Assembly (NCBI GenBank): GCA_965249575.1
Contig: OZ252244.1
Location: forward strand, 896,001 to 960,000
Length of the DNA stretch: 64,000 nucleotides
Direction of reading: 5' to 3'
From: Gemmatimonadales bacterium
GTDB taxonomy: Bacteria > Gemmatimonadota > Gemmatimonadetes > Gemmatimonadales > GWC2-71-9
The notes beneath the pieces are model-generated. The model did not search any database. It saw only the letters and a program-made list of their open reading frames with translations, and had not been told where the DNA came from. Made by a program: the position numbers and the translations under genes. This document shows, in pieces, positions 19,427 through 29,987 of the stretch (positions are counted from its first letter, which is position 1; every line of letters begins with the position of its first letter).

Positions 19427-22400
19427 CTAGGGGAATGACTGTACGTCGAGCTGATAGGTCGTCGCCAGCTGGCTGCTGAAGAACTGGCGGTCGGGGTTGG
19501 AGACCGGGAACGGATCGAACACCCCGTTCTGTAAGGCAAATAGGCCGCTCGAAGAGCCGTAGGTAATGATATCGAAGGTCGCAAGCAGCGCCGGCACGAA
19601 CGCGGGATCTCGCACGACATTTAGGGTTCCGGCCAGCGTTACTGCGCCGGTGACCCGGAGCTGATCGTATTCCGTCCCTACCGCCAGGCCGTTGACGTCG
19701 ATATCGACGGTGCTGGTTCCCTGGAGCGCCAGGGTGCCCACGATATCCAATGTGTGCGGCGCGAACAGCGAACCGACCGCTATGGTCCCGGCGTTGTCCA
19801 CTGCCCCGACGATCCGGTTATTCGGGCCCGCCACTGTCTGAATCGTTCCTAACGCGTCGTTGGTTAGCGTCCCGTTCGTCACCGTCAACACCCCCTCCCA
19901 GCTGCCCGTCCCCGTCAGCTCGAGCGTCCCCGCGTTCGTGAACCCCTGGTCCACGATCAGGTTCGCATCCCCACTGTTCCCGTTCAACCGCAACGTCCCC
20001 GTCTGCGTCAACGCCCCGTTGATCGCACTCGCCGCCCCCGGCGCTATCAACACTGTCCCCGTCCCCTGATTGTCCAGATCCGCATTCACTGCGTCTCCCG
20101 ACAATGTGAGATTCACTTGGTTGATCAACGTACCGGGACCGTTCAGCGTCACCGTGCCGCCGAACTGCCACGTCGGCTCGCCGCTCGCCAGCGTGAACGG
20201 GCTCAGCAATGACAGCGTTGGGGTGCCCGTCAAGTTGATGGTCCCGGTCCCAACGAGTCCGGTCCCCGCCCCTACGACGATCGTCCCGTTGTTGATCTCC
20301 AGGGTCGCGTCCACGTCCAACGTCCCGGTCGTCGAGGTGAAGGTGCGGCTAGCGTTCAGCACCCGGAGCGGCGCCTGGACCGAGATCGTTCCCTGGTTGT
20401 TCAGGATGGCGGTAATCCGGTTGTCCACACCGGCCACGGTTTGGATCGTCCCGGATACGGCGTTGTCGAGCGTCCCGTTCGTCACCGTCAACGCCCCCTC
20501 CCAGCTGCCCGCCCCCGTCAGCTCCAACGTGCCCCTGTTGATGAATGGCTGATCGACAATGAGGTTCGCATCCCCATTGTTCCCGTTCAGCCGGAGCGTC
20601 CCCGCCTGCGTGAGCGGCACATCAATCGCGCTGTTCCCGGGGGACACCGCGACCAACCCATTGTTGGTCAGCAACCCCGTCCCGTTGACAGTCGTGCTCG
20701 TCAGGTTGAGCGCACCCGTCGTCTCGACGGTGCTCGTCCCATTCAGGGTCAGCGTGCGATTGCTCGCGGTCATGGTGGCCTCCGGTTCCCCCTCCCAGCG
20801 TCAACGATGCCACGGTCGCATCGACGTCGAGGGTGACCGTGTAGTTGCCGTCGACCGTGATACCAACATCGTCGGTGGTCTGCGGGACAGCAGCGGTGCT
20901 CCAGTTGGCCGGATCGCTCCAATTGCCGCTCACCGGATTGACCCACGTCACCACCGGGACGGCGACCGACCAGTTGACCGCGGCGTCGGTGGTCATGGTG
21001 AACGGGGTACCGTTTCCAGGCACGCTGTTCGTCAGATTGATCGTGAAGACCAGGCCGTCGGTGGGCGCGGTGTCGGTGGCGTCGACGTAGTACCCCGTTG
21101 TGGGAGTGCCGGTGAAGCTCACGCCGTCGAACGTGAAGGGACTCGCGGCGCCGGGATGGCTGATCGTGAACTGGGTCGCGGTGCCCGCATATCCCTGGAA
21201 CGTCACGTTGTCGAAGGCACCGATCGTTCCGCCCGCTGAGGTGAGCGGCACGTTGTCCAGCACCAGCCCGTCCACCGCGAGGCCGGAGACCGTGAGCACG
21301 TTCCCGGCACCGTCAATCGTGGGCGTCGCGGCGGAGCTGGAAATGAGGCTGGCCGGTCGCCGTGACCGGGCTCGCCAGTGCGATGTCCGCCTCGATTCCC
21401 AGATTCTGGTACGGCAAGACCGGCATGATCTGACCCGGCCCGGCGAACGTCGTCGTCGCGACGCTGAACGTGCCACCGATGGTGAGCGTCTGGCCGATTA
21501 CGAGCGCGTCGACCGTGAGGTCGCTGCTCGCGACCGTCGTGAGGTCGCCTCCGACCGTGACCGTCTGGCCGCCCAGGTTCCCGACCGGAACCGACTGGAG
21601 GACGTTCAGGTCGTTGTCCACGTAGACGTCGGTTTGCAGCTGGACCCCGCCCGCGTTGTCGATGTCGAGATCCGTGAACCCGGAGCCGGTCGGGCCTGGA
21701 GAATCAAAATCCAGGGACTATTGCACCCCGCCGCTCAGGATCACCCGCGTGCCCGTCGAGACAAAGGACTCGTCGCTGGTGGTGTTGTACTGGATGAAGT
21801 CGCCAGCCACCTCGATGATTCCCGCCGTCAGCGTCGCTGTGGGGCTCACGGTGCTCGCGCCGTCGAAAATGGCGTGGCCGCCAACGATGAGGAGATCGGC
21901 CGGGTCGGCCATCGTGAGCAGCGCGTCGGTTTCGACCGCGAAGTCGCCGGTGACGTGAGATCGCCGGCCACGTTCCCCCAGTCGGCGAACAGCACGCCCC
22001 CTGCGGTATTGGTGATGTCCAGCTGCTGGAAGAACGAACCGGTGAAGGGCGGGGTCGTGGCCACCGGCCCGGTAAAAGTGACCGTCTGCAGCGCAGCGCC
22101 GTTCAGCTCGACGGCCGTCCCCTGCGACTGGAGAGCCTCGTCGCTCGTCGTGTTGAGCTGCGTGAAATCGCCGGCCACCCGGATGACGCCGCCCGTGAGG
22201 GTCGAAGTCGGACTAGCCGTGCTGGCGCCGTCGAACGTGGCGTGGCCGCCGACGACCAGGACGTTGCTGGGGTCGGTCATCCAGAGCAGCGCGTCGCTGT
22301 CGACTGCGAAATCGGCACCGACGGTCAGGTCGTCCGCGCCCAGGTCCAACTGTGCAGTGGCACCTGACACCGTCGCGTTTGCCGTTACGAAGGTCTGGGC

Positions 22401-24066
22401 CGCCAGCGTTACGTCGCCGTTCACAACGAGGTTCGGTACCGTGCCCTGGAGGGTGACGCCGCTCCCGGTGAGTACCACCGTGCCCGAGCCGACAATGGTC
22501 GCACCCGCGTCCACGTCACCCGTGGCCGTCAAGTCGAACGCGCCGATATCGAGCGTCGCACCTGATTCCACCACGAGGTCGTTTATCGACGCGTTGGCAG
22601 TCAGCACCGGCTGATCCGCGGCGGACGCCGGAAGGAGCACGTTGTCCACCGCGATCGGCACGAGGCCCGTGTCCCAGTTGTTCGGGTTGAACCAGTCGGT
22701 CGCGCCGCCCGCGTCGCCCCCCACCCACTGGTGGCTCGTGGGCGCAACGGTGACGTCGAACGTGGCGCTCGTCGCGGCGGTGACGCCCGGCGCGGTCGCC
22801 GTCAGCGTATACCCGGCGCCCGGCGCATCGACTGTCAAGTCGGCGAAGGAGGCGACGCCGGCGCTTGCGGGCGCCAGTAACGTTCCGCCCAGCATGGCGC
22901 CGCCCGGGTTCGAGCCGAGCCCGACGGTGACGTCACTGGTGAAGCTCGGGTCGGTGTTCCCGAACTGGTCGACCGCGCGGACCGTGACCGGCGGCGCGAT
23001 GGCGGCCCCAACAAACGCGTCGCTCGGCTGAATGCCAAAATCGAGACCCGTGGCCGCGAGCGCCGTCGCGGTAGCGTTGAAGACGAACTGAACCTGTGCG
23101 GCACCCGAGACGCTGGCAGCGGCCGTCTGCCCCCCGGCCACCGTGCCCAACACCCACTGCGTCTGGCCGCGCCCGGTCGCGTCGGTAACCACCGAGCTGG
23201 AGGTGAACGACCCCCCGTCAGGAGTCGTGAAATCGACCGACACGTCCTCGACACCCAACCCGTCGCTGCCGGTCACCTGAATCTGAAGCGGCATCGTGAG
23301 TGTGCCGCCCACGGGACCGGTCTGCTGATCGCCGCCTTCGCCGATGACGGCGCTGGGCGGTGGCTGGATCATGACCGAGCCGGTGTCGGCGGGCCCGGTC
23401 AACAGGGTCGCCACAATCTGGGCGCTCCCCCGTTGCATGCCCGCAACAACCGTCCCCTGGCCCGGGTCGGGCACTGTCGCGAGCTGCGGATTGAGGCTGC
23501 TCCACAGAATCGGGGTGCCGGGGATGGGATTCCCCTGGCCGTCCTTGGCGACCGCGTCGACGGTCACCGCTTGGCCGAAGAAGCCGCGGGCGCCCATCGT
23601 GACGATCTCGACCGACGCGGCGTCGAAGCCGACGCCCACGTAGCTGATCGGCATGCTGTCGATCGTCGCCGATCGGCCGGTGAAGGGCTCCACCGCGACC
23701 GGCCCGCCCCTGAAGACGGTGTCGCCGCTCGGCGCGATGAGGGCGATCGTCAGTCGGTAGAGGACGTCCGGACTAGTGAGTGGAACGATGATCGTGATCT
23801 GGACGGAGTCGGATCCCGGAGCGATCTGCACCACGGTATCGGTGACCGCCGTAGGATTGTCCTCGGGCCATGCTGCGACCTAGGCCCGATCGACGTCGAC
23901 GACGCCCCGCGCCGCGCTCTCGAACACCGGGACCACGGAGAAGCGGGCGGTCCTGACGGCACCCGGGCCGGAGAGGTCATCCCGGCAGCTCACCAAGAGC
24001 AGCGCCGCCGCGAGGGAGATGCGACAGCCCCCAGCCCAGCCGGCCTCGGGGCGTCCTGAAGATCAT
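19427..24066 (-). pseudogene. Large (~1500 aa) surface lipoprotein/adhesin with Ig-like and beta-helix repeats, multiply disrupted
   Basis: Lipobox LLLVSC, Big-like segments (GDQQTG, TDATGRGQTQWVLG, VRAVDQFGN), NWFNPNNW/NWSDPANW caps, Gly/Thr/Asn-rich beta-helix repeats, YDQLRVTG C-terminus; in-frame TAGs at 23880-82 and 21718-20; frameshifts near 24030, 21955, 21350 and 20785. Confidence 0.8.
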
Positions 24067-24153
24067 GCTGGTAACTCGCTTTCCCGCAAGCAGATCCCCC
24101 AAAGGAGGTCGGCAAAGGTGACGCCATAACACCCCATGGCGCAAGAAGTGTGC

Positions 24154-24215
24154 GGGGGTCGGGGTTAGGGAGTGGGGGTTAGGGAGTGGGGCTAGGGATG
24201 AGCGGGTTAGCGACA
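24154..24215 (+). repeat. G-rich degenerate heptamer repeat tract (GGGGTTA/GGGAGTG type)
   Basis: ggggtcggggttagggagtgggggttagggagtggggctagggatgagcgggttagcg read directly. Confidence 0.75.
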
Positions 24216-24297
24216 GTGATTGGCGGCGTGCTGGGCCTACCGTTCTAGTGGCTGACCATCCTAATTTCTCATGCAAGGACCTGTACGTGGAGCGCTC

Positions 24298-24522
24298 ATG
24301 ACCCTTCGGGCTGAGGAATACACCCAGCGGCGCGAGAAGGTAGGAGACTTCGAGATCAACATCGTCTCGTACCGGCTCGGGGATCGATACTACTGCAAGG
24401 TCGACAACGTGAGCCCCGGCGCCGTGGTAGCCCGCAGGGAGGGGTCGACCCGCGCTGAAGCGGAACAGGCCGCCGTCGCGATTGCACGGGAACGCGTTGG
24501 TCAGACGCGGGTTAGGGAGTAG
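24298..24522 (+). CDS. Small hypothetical protein (74 aa)
   Basis: GGAG RBS, typical GC3 codon usage, YRLGDRYYCKVDNVSPGA core. Confidence 0.7.
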   Translation: MTLRAEEYTQRREKVGDFEINIVSYRLGDRYYCKVDNVSPGAVVARREGSTRAEAEQAAVAIARERVGQTRVRE

Positions 24523-24570
24523 GGATCGGGGATAGGAAGCAAGGTGTAGGGATTGGGGTTGGGGACTACG
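24509..24570 (+). repeat. G-rich degenerate heptamer repeat tract
   Basis: gggttagggagtagggatcggggataggaagc...tagggattggggttgggga; same family as 24154-24215. Confidence 0.65.
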
Positions 24571-24590
24571 GATCAAGCAGGTGACAAGCC

Positions 24591-25181
24591 ATGCGAACAC
24601 ACATCGCGACCGTCGGACGGAGCGGGTTTCTCGCTGCGCTGCTGTTTGGGGTTGGTGTCGCGCCGGGCAGCGCGCAGATCACAGACTATCGGGGCCGGTG
24701 GGTGCCGAAGGAACTGGTGGGCACCGACGGCCGCGAGATCACGGACAGCACCCAGCAGATTCGTACTCCCCTGCGCCCGCCAACGAACGGACAGCTGAAC
24801 GACCGGGAGCAGCGCCAGTACGGCATCTTGGTGGGCATGGGTCAACCATCGCGAAGCATTGAGTTCAATCCAACTGACTCGACATTCACGGTCCATTACA
24901 ACGACGAGTTCTCGTTCACGTTGGTGCCGGGCAGCGAGCCACTCCAGACCACGTTCGGCGACGACGTTCCGATGCTAGTTCAGGCGCGCTGGAACGGCGA
25001 GAAGCTTCGGATCCAGTTCGAGCCGCAGGGCGGCGGCAGCTACTATGAGGAGTACTCGCTGGCCGACAGCCGCCTCTTCATGCGTGTGGACGCGAAGATC
25101 AACTGGGGGAAGATCCGGGGTGGAGAGTGGAGCGAGATGTACCGTAGGGTGGCCGATTCGACCTCGACCGGCAGTAGCTGA
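24591..25181 (+). CDS. Secreted hypothetical protein (possible lipocalin-like beta-barrel)
   Basis: Signal peptide ending GSA/Q, 'DYRGRW' start, ARWNGEKL, terminal 'MYRRV' strand. Confidence 0.65.
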   Translation: MRTHIATVGRSGFLAALLFGVGVAPGSAQITDYRGRWVPKELVGTDGREITDSTQQIRTPLRPPTNGQLNDREQRQYGILVGMGQPSRSIEFNPTDSTFTVHYNDEFSFTLVPGSEPLQTTFGDDVPMLVQARWNGEKLRIQFEPQGGGSYYEEYSLADSRLFMRVDAKINWGKIRGGEWSEMYRRVADSTSTGSS

Positions 25182-27101
25182 TCACCGCACACCATCGTTC
25201 GCAGCGCCCGTCGTTCTAGGTCGGGACTCGTCGATCAATCGCAGGAACCGAGGATGAGACCGGACGGGGTCGAAATCCGGGGACTGCAGGCGGAACCATA
25301 GTCTGATGCCACGAAGGCGATCCCCCTCGATCGCCTGCAGAGCACCCTCCACGTCACCGAGCGCCACTCGCGCCCCGGCAATCCAGAACCGATCCTCGAC
25401 TCCCAATCCCTCGTTCGCCGAAGTTCGTCCAAGTGCCCGTTCGATGTGATTCCTTGCGAGCACGCTGTCCCCCGCACGAGCCGCCACGAGCGAGGATATG
25501 GGGTGCCCGGAAGTTCCCTGCGTGAACGTCAACACCGAGTCGACGGTGGCGCGCGCCTCCCGATGCTGTCCGAAGTGCGAGTGCATCTGCGCCCGGTGCT
25601 CATAGACGTGATAGAACGTCGGGTCCAGGGCGAGGGCACTGTCGGCCAGGCGAATGGCTTCTGGATAGCGGCGGCTGAAAAGACTGATGTCTCCCAGCTC
25701 GAGGAGCGTCACGGGGCGATGGGAATCGATCTCGAGCGCCGCGCGAAGATTGGCGACGGCGTTGGTGTAATCCCCGAGCTGGTCCATTTATGAGCCGTAC
25801 TGGTGATACGTTTCCGCGTTGCGTGGGTCGAGCTCGATTGCGCGCTGGAATGCGTCCGCGACGCCGTCGAAGGTCCGCGGGTTGCGGTGGGTGAGCAGGT
25901 AGGCCTGAGCCATCCATGCGTCGGGCGTCCCGGGGTCAACCGCCAGGGCCCTGTCGACCGCGGCGAAGCCACGCGCCAATAGACTGTCGGGGAGTAGAGC
26001 GCCAAACGACCACCCGAACTCGAGGATCACGGCGTACACGTACCCGATCCGCGCGAGCGCGTGTGTGAACGAGGAGTCCAACCCCACAGCGATCTCGTAC
26101 TCACGAATCGCCTGGCCCAAGGCGAGCGCGCGGCGCACCACGGGTTCGAGCTTCTGTGGAATGGCCTGATGCCCCTCGCGGAGCGCCGTCGGTTCCTCAT
26201 TCAGAATCGCGTGTACCACCGCCGCATCCCGATCTCCGCCGAACGCCCGGGTCCCGGTCAGTAGCTCGTAGAGCAGGCAGCCGAGCGACCAGACATCGGT
26301 CCGGTGGTCCACGGCTTCGCTGCGTGCCTGTTCGGGACTCATGTAACTCGCCGTCCCAATGCGAGCCCCCTCCGCCGTGAGGTCGGTGGCGCCCTTGAGC
26401 TTCGCTATCCCGAAGTCCAGGATCTTGACCTCACCCTGATCCGTCAGGATCACGTTCCCCGGTTTGAGGTCCCGGTGCACGATTCCGGCGTCGTGCGCGC
26501 GGGCCATCCCCTCGGCAACCTGAGCGGCAATGTCGATTCCCTGATCCACCGGGACGGGACCGCGCGCGATGCGGTCCTTGAGAGTCTCCCCGCCATAGTA
26601 CGCCATCGCGATGAAGAGCTGGCCGTCCTCAGCCTCGTCGATCTCGAACACCGTGCAGATGTTCGAGTGGTCGAGGGCCGAGGCGGCCTTGGCTTCCTGG
26701 ATGAACCTGGCCCTGGCCTCGGCGTCGGCGACCAGGTGCGGCCTCAGGAACTTGAGCGTTACGGTGCGATCGAGACGGATGTCTCGAGCCTTGAACACCA
26801 CACCCATGCCTCCGCGACCCAGCTGCTCGAGAATCTCGTAGTGCGACACCGTCCGCCCGACCGGATCGGACGCCGCGTCCAATTCCGCCGAAAGCATCCG
26901 GCCAATCCACGGCGAGGGATCGTCCAGGAAGTCGCTGGCTCGAGCGTCCGCCTCGAGCAGCTTCTCGATCTCTCGCTTGAGCCCGGGGTCTTCCGCGCAT
27001 TCCCGATCGAGAAACGCCCCACGGTCCGGCGGCGGGCGGTCGAGCACCGCCTCGAACAGCCGGTCGACCCGCCTCCAGCGCTCAACGGCGTCGGTGTCCA
27101 T
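25182..27101 (-). pseudogene. Hanks-type Ser/Thr kinase with TPR C-terminus; internal deletion and in-frame TAA (25788-90)
   Basis: LGRGGMGVV, HRDLKPGN, DFG, YMSPEQ, DVWSLG; jumps from 'VVRRALA' straight into TPRs (the kinase K-x-P-x-x-R end and linker are missing); YGS*MDQLG continues in frame. Confidence 0.85.
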
Positions 27102-27279
27102 ATCTCTCCCGCCTCATGGTGTGTCAAATCGTCCGGCTTCTCGGACTCCATGTCAAGTCTAGAGCCGGGTAGCGAGGCGCCTATCACCGATGGCGGGGTC
27201 CAGTCGGTTCTTGCGCATTCCACAATAGAGCCGAGGAACGTTCCGGCCGCGACGAGACCCAGAACAGCGGAGGTTCACT

Positions 27280-27483
27280 ATGACACGCCCGACCATGCTC
27301 GTCCTGTCCGCCAGTCTGCTGCTGGTGCTTCCAGCATGCCAGGGAAGCGGCCCGACAGAGCCGGCGCTAGGCAGCGCGCCCGATTTCCTGATCGGGAATT
27401 CACCGTTGTCACACGCCCGAGAGCTAAAACTCGATCCAAACACGGCTGTGGCCGACCCAGAACTTGAAGGCGTCCGGCAATAA
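27280..27483 (+). CDS. Small lipoprotein, paralogue A (67 aa)
   Basis: GGAGG RBS, hydrophobic signal + LPAC lipobox; shares CQGSxPTEP...PDFLIGxSPLSxAR with the next ORF. Confidence 0.75.
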   Translation: MTRPTMLVLSASLLLVLPACQGSGPTEPALGSAPDFLIGNSPLSHARELKLDPNTAVADPELEGVRQ

Positions 27484-27582
27484 CCCCGCTTTCGAGTGGC
27501 AGAACCTGACCGGCTCGTCCGCACTCCCGTAAAGACGCCGCGGAGCGCCACACCGCGGCCAAACGCAGAACCGGAGGTCACA

Positions 27583-27813
27583 ATGAAACCCCTGACTACG
27601 CTCGCGATGACCGTCTGTCTGTCTTTGGTGCTTCAAGGGTGCCAGGGAAGCAGCCCAACCGAGCCCGCGCGCCGCACCACACCCGACTTTCTCATCGGTA
27701 GCTCACCGCTCTCGAGCGCCCGCGGGGCCGAGGTCGATCTCAAGACGGATGTGCGCGAGTCCGCGCTGGACGATGTGCTCCAACTGGAAGCAACCCGCGG
27801 GGCCGCTAGATAA
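27583..27813 (+). CDS. Small lipoprotein, paralogue B (76 aa)
   Basis: GGAGG RBS, MKPL...LQGC lipobox, same conserved core as paralogue A. Confidence 0.75.
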   Translation: MKPLTTLAMTVCLSLVLQGCQGSSPTEPARRTTPDFLIGSSPLSSARGAEVDLKTDVRESALDDVLQLEATRGAAR

Positions 27814-27856
27814 CGGACGAGCCACCGGGTGCCAATGACACTCACGGGGGGAACCC

Positions 27857-28194
27857 ATGTCGGTCAAGCTGCTGCAATTGAACTTCACGTTCACCGCGAC
27901 GCCCATCGAATACCAGGAGGCGGTCGCTCCGTTGGCAAACGAGTTCGCCCGGATCGACGGGCTCAGATGGAAGATCTGGCTGATGAACGAAGAGACCCGG
28001 AAGGCCGGAGGGCTCTACCTGTTCGAGGACGGGGAATCCCTGGAGGCGTTTCTCACCGGGCCGCTCGCAGCCGCCGTCAAGCGGCATCCGGCCGTTCGTG
28101 ACCTCGATGCCAAGACCTTCGACGTAATGCAGGATCTCACAGCCGCACCAGAGGACCGATCGAGCAGCCTCGAGCGCCGCTCGCGTCGCGTTAA
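27857..28194 (+). CDS. YdhR family (dimeric alpha+beta barrel, putative monooxygenase); probable frameshift near 28146
   Basis: LLQLNF, GLRWKIW, AGGLYLFED, KTFDV; the family-type ending TRGPI lies in another frame that stops at TAA 28192-94. Confidence 0.8.
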
Positions 28195-28762
28195 ACGGGA
28201 TCGGGGCGGAGGAAGCGGTAGAGATACGCCTTCGCCCTGCCCCAGTCGCGCTCCACGGTCCGCAGGGAGCTTCCAAGGACATCGGCGGTTTCCTTGAACG
28301 ACAGCCGGCCAAAGAAGTGGCATTCGACGACCTGTCCTAACCGCGGGTTGAATGCCGCGAGCCGCTCCAGTGCCTCGTCGAGGGCCACGAGATCCTCTTC
28401 CTCGGGTGCGGGCACGACGGCTGCACTGTCCAACGTCACGACATCCCGACCGGCAACGCGTTTTTGGGCGTTTCGGCGTCGCGCCCGATCGACCAGGATC
28501 TGTCGCATTGCTCGGCACGCCACGGCGTAGAAGTGTTGGCGGCCTTGAAACGAAACGCCCGAGGCCTCTGAGAACTTGAAGTACGCCTCGTGGACCAGGC
28601 CCGTCGTCGAGAGGGTCTGGCCGGGCAGTTCCTTGCGAAGCTCGCGGCGGGCGATGCGCCGTAGCTCGTCGTAACGAGTGACCAGAGGCGTTCGGCCGCC
28701 TCGACGTCGCCGGCCGCCGCGCGGTTCAACACCTGCGTGATCCCTGACGTACGCTGGGGCAT
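28191..28762 (-). pseudogene. ECF sigma factor, TIGR02999-type; frameshift near 28673
   Basis: ITQVL...GD..A..L; YDELRRIARREL; TLSTTGLVHEAY; HFYAVACRAMRQILVDRAR; LDEALERL; ETADVLG...TVERDW. Confidence 0.87.
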
Positions 28763-28781
28763 GGTTAGTCCTGACCGACTT

Positions 28782-29396
28782 TCACGAGGTCGAGGGCAGC
28801 TTGGTCGCCGACTCTCTTCGGTAGGACTCCAGCAGCGTAGCCAAGTCGTCGCGCACCCACCACTCGGCCGTCCCCTTGCGGTGAATGGCCCACGCGATCA
28901 GCGAACCGCTTGCCAGCGCCCCGACGGCCCGGGCCAGGCGCTCGGTGTCACACCGAATGACTTCGCCGGCGGCGACTGCCTCGTCGAGGAGGACGCGGTA
29001 GCCGTCGAGGATCCTGCTCGAGCTCTCGAGCGCCAGCCGGTGGAAGTCGGGATCGCTCAAGTCGATTTGCAGAAACGCCAGGCCGTTTGCAAGCTCTTCG
29101 GGCGTCTGCATGTGGCGGGTCATCTCGGTCGCGGCCGCGAGGAGCGCTTCGAGTGGAGAGGCATGCGCCGAACGGACCGAGGCGAAACACGTTTCCACCG
29201 CGGCGACCCCCTGCTCCACCATGGCCAACAGGAGCCCCCGCTTGGTACCGAAACGCTGGACGAGCGTGGCGGGAGACAGCTTCACCTCCTCACCCACCTC
29301 GACCAAGGTAAATCGGCTCGGCCCGACCCGTGAAATGACGCGATGAGCGGCACTCAGGATCTCGCCATCGTCGACCGTGCGTGGACGAGGAGTCAT
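28782..29396 (-). CDS. TetR/AcrR family transcriptional regulator
   Basis: PRPRT...ILSAA...FTLVEVGEEVKLSPATLVQRFGTKRGLL helix-turn-helix. Confidence 0.92.
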   Translation of the reverse strand: MTPRPRTVDDGEILSAAHRVISRVGPSRFTLVEVGEEVKLSPATLVQRFGTKRGLLLAMVEQGVAAVETCFASVRSAHASPLEALLAAATEMTRHMQTPEELANGLAFLQIDLSDPDFHRLALESSSRILDGYRVLLDEAVAAGEVIRCDTERLARAVGALASGSLIAWAIHRKGTAEWWVRDDLATLLESYRRESATKLPSTS

Positions 29397-29432
29397 CGCT
29401 TGACAGTAAAGGAACGACCATCCACCCCTAAA

Positions 29433-29454
29433 AATAAATGATGCATCGTTTATT
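29433..29454. promoter_or_regulatory. Putative TetR operator, 22-bp palindrome with 1 mismatch
   Basis: AATAAATGATG|CATCGTTTATT, AT-rich, between divergent tetR and the SDR remnant. Confidence 0.7.
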
Positions 29455-29483
29455 GTCTACTGGAGCGACCTCTGGGAGGACAG

Positions 29484-29841
29484 ATGGCTGGCAAGCGACC
29501 GGTAGGTAAGCACTTATCCAAAAAGCGCGGAGCGGCCCGCAGTGGCTGATCGGGACTTGACGGCACTCGGGCGCCCTCCGACTGCCCATTGGGCGGAAGG
29601 GTCGCCGTGGTCGCGGGAGTCGCCGCTCTTCATCGGGCGGGTCGCCGCCCTGGCGCGGGATCCCGCCGTGCTCTCGCGCACCGGCGATATCACGAGGTCA
29701 TGGGAACTGGCACGCGAGTATGGGGAAGCACTCACGGAAATCCTGCCGTCATTGGGGTTCATCGAGGAGGGCCTGCGACGTCAGGTGGAGTGGCTCGATA
29801 TCATGTCCGGGCGCGCGAGGACACACTTGAATCGCGATTAG
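29484..29841 (+). pseudogene. Remnant of SDR-family oxidoreductase (short N-terminus plus C-terminus only)
   Basis: GGAGGA RBS + ATG; downstream ESPLFIGRVAALARDP...SWELAREYG resembles the C-terminus of DHRS1-like SDRs; no Rossmann or YxxxK motif. Confidence 0.6.
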
Positions 29842-29987
29842 CGAGTGGCGAGTGGTGCCCTAGGCGGATGGTGCGAGACCTGGGTAGTCTATTCCCTCCA
29901 GCTCCCGGAGAATATGGGGCGGGTGCATTTCGAAAGCGTTCTTGTGCCCCTGCATGTACCCGAAGCTGCACTTTTGAACGATCCGCT

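Noticed and set aside
21100..22614. Long opposite-strand ORFs (e.g. 21100..22614, 26304..27467, 45814..47085, 57746..59101, 60163..61383)
   Set aside because: Antisense shadows of well-supported genes in high-GC DNA; no motifs or RBS.
8582..23882. Genome-wide TAG reassignment (code 15 or pyrrolysine)
   Set aside because: TAG terminates many intact genes at their expected C-termini (175, 13711, 43074, 54096, 55491); no pyl genes are visible here.
27280..27813. RiPP biosynthetic cluster
   Set aside because: No recognisable maturase (rSAM, YcaO, LanM), peptidase or exporter is adjacent; the lipobox explains the N-termini better.
29400..29434. Sigma70 promoter TTGACA...TAAAAT
   Set aside because: The spacer is about 23 bp, too long for a canonical promoter.
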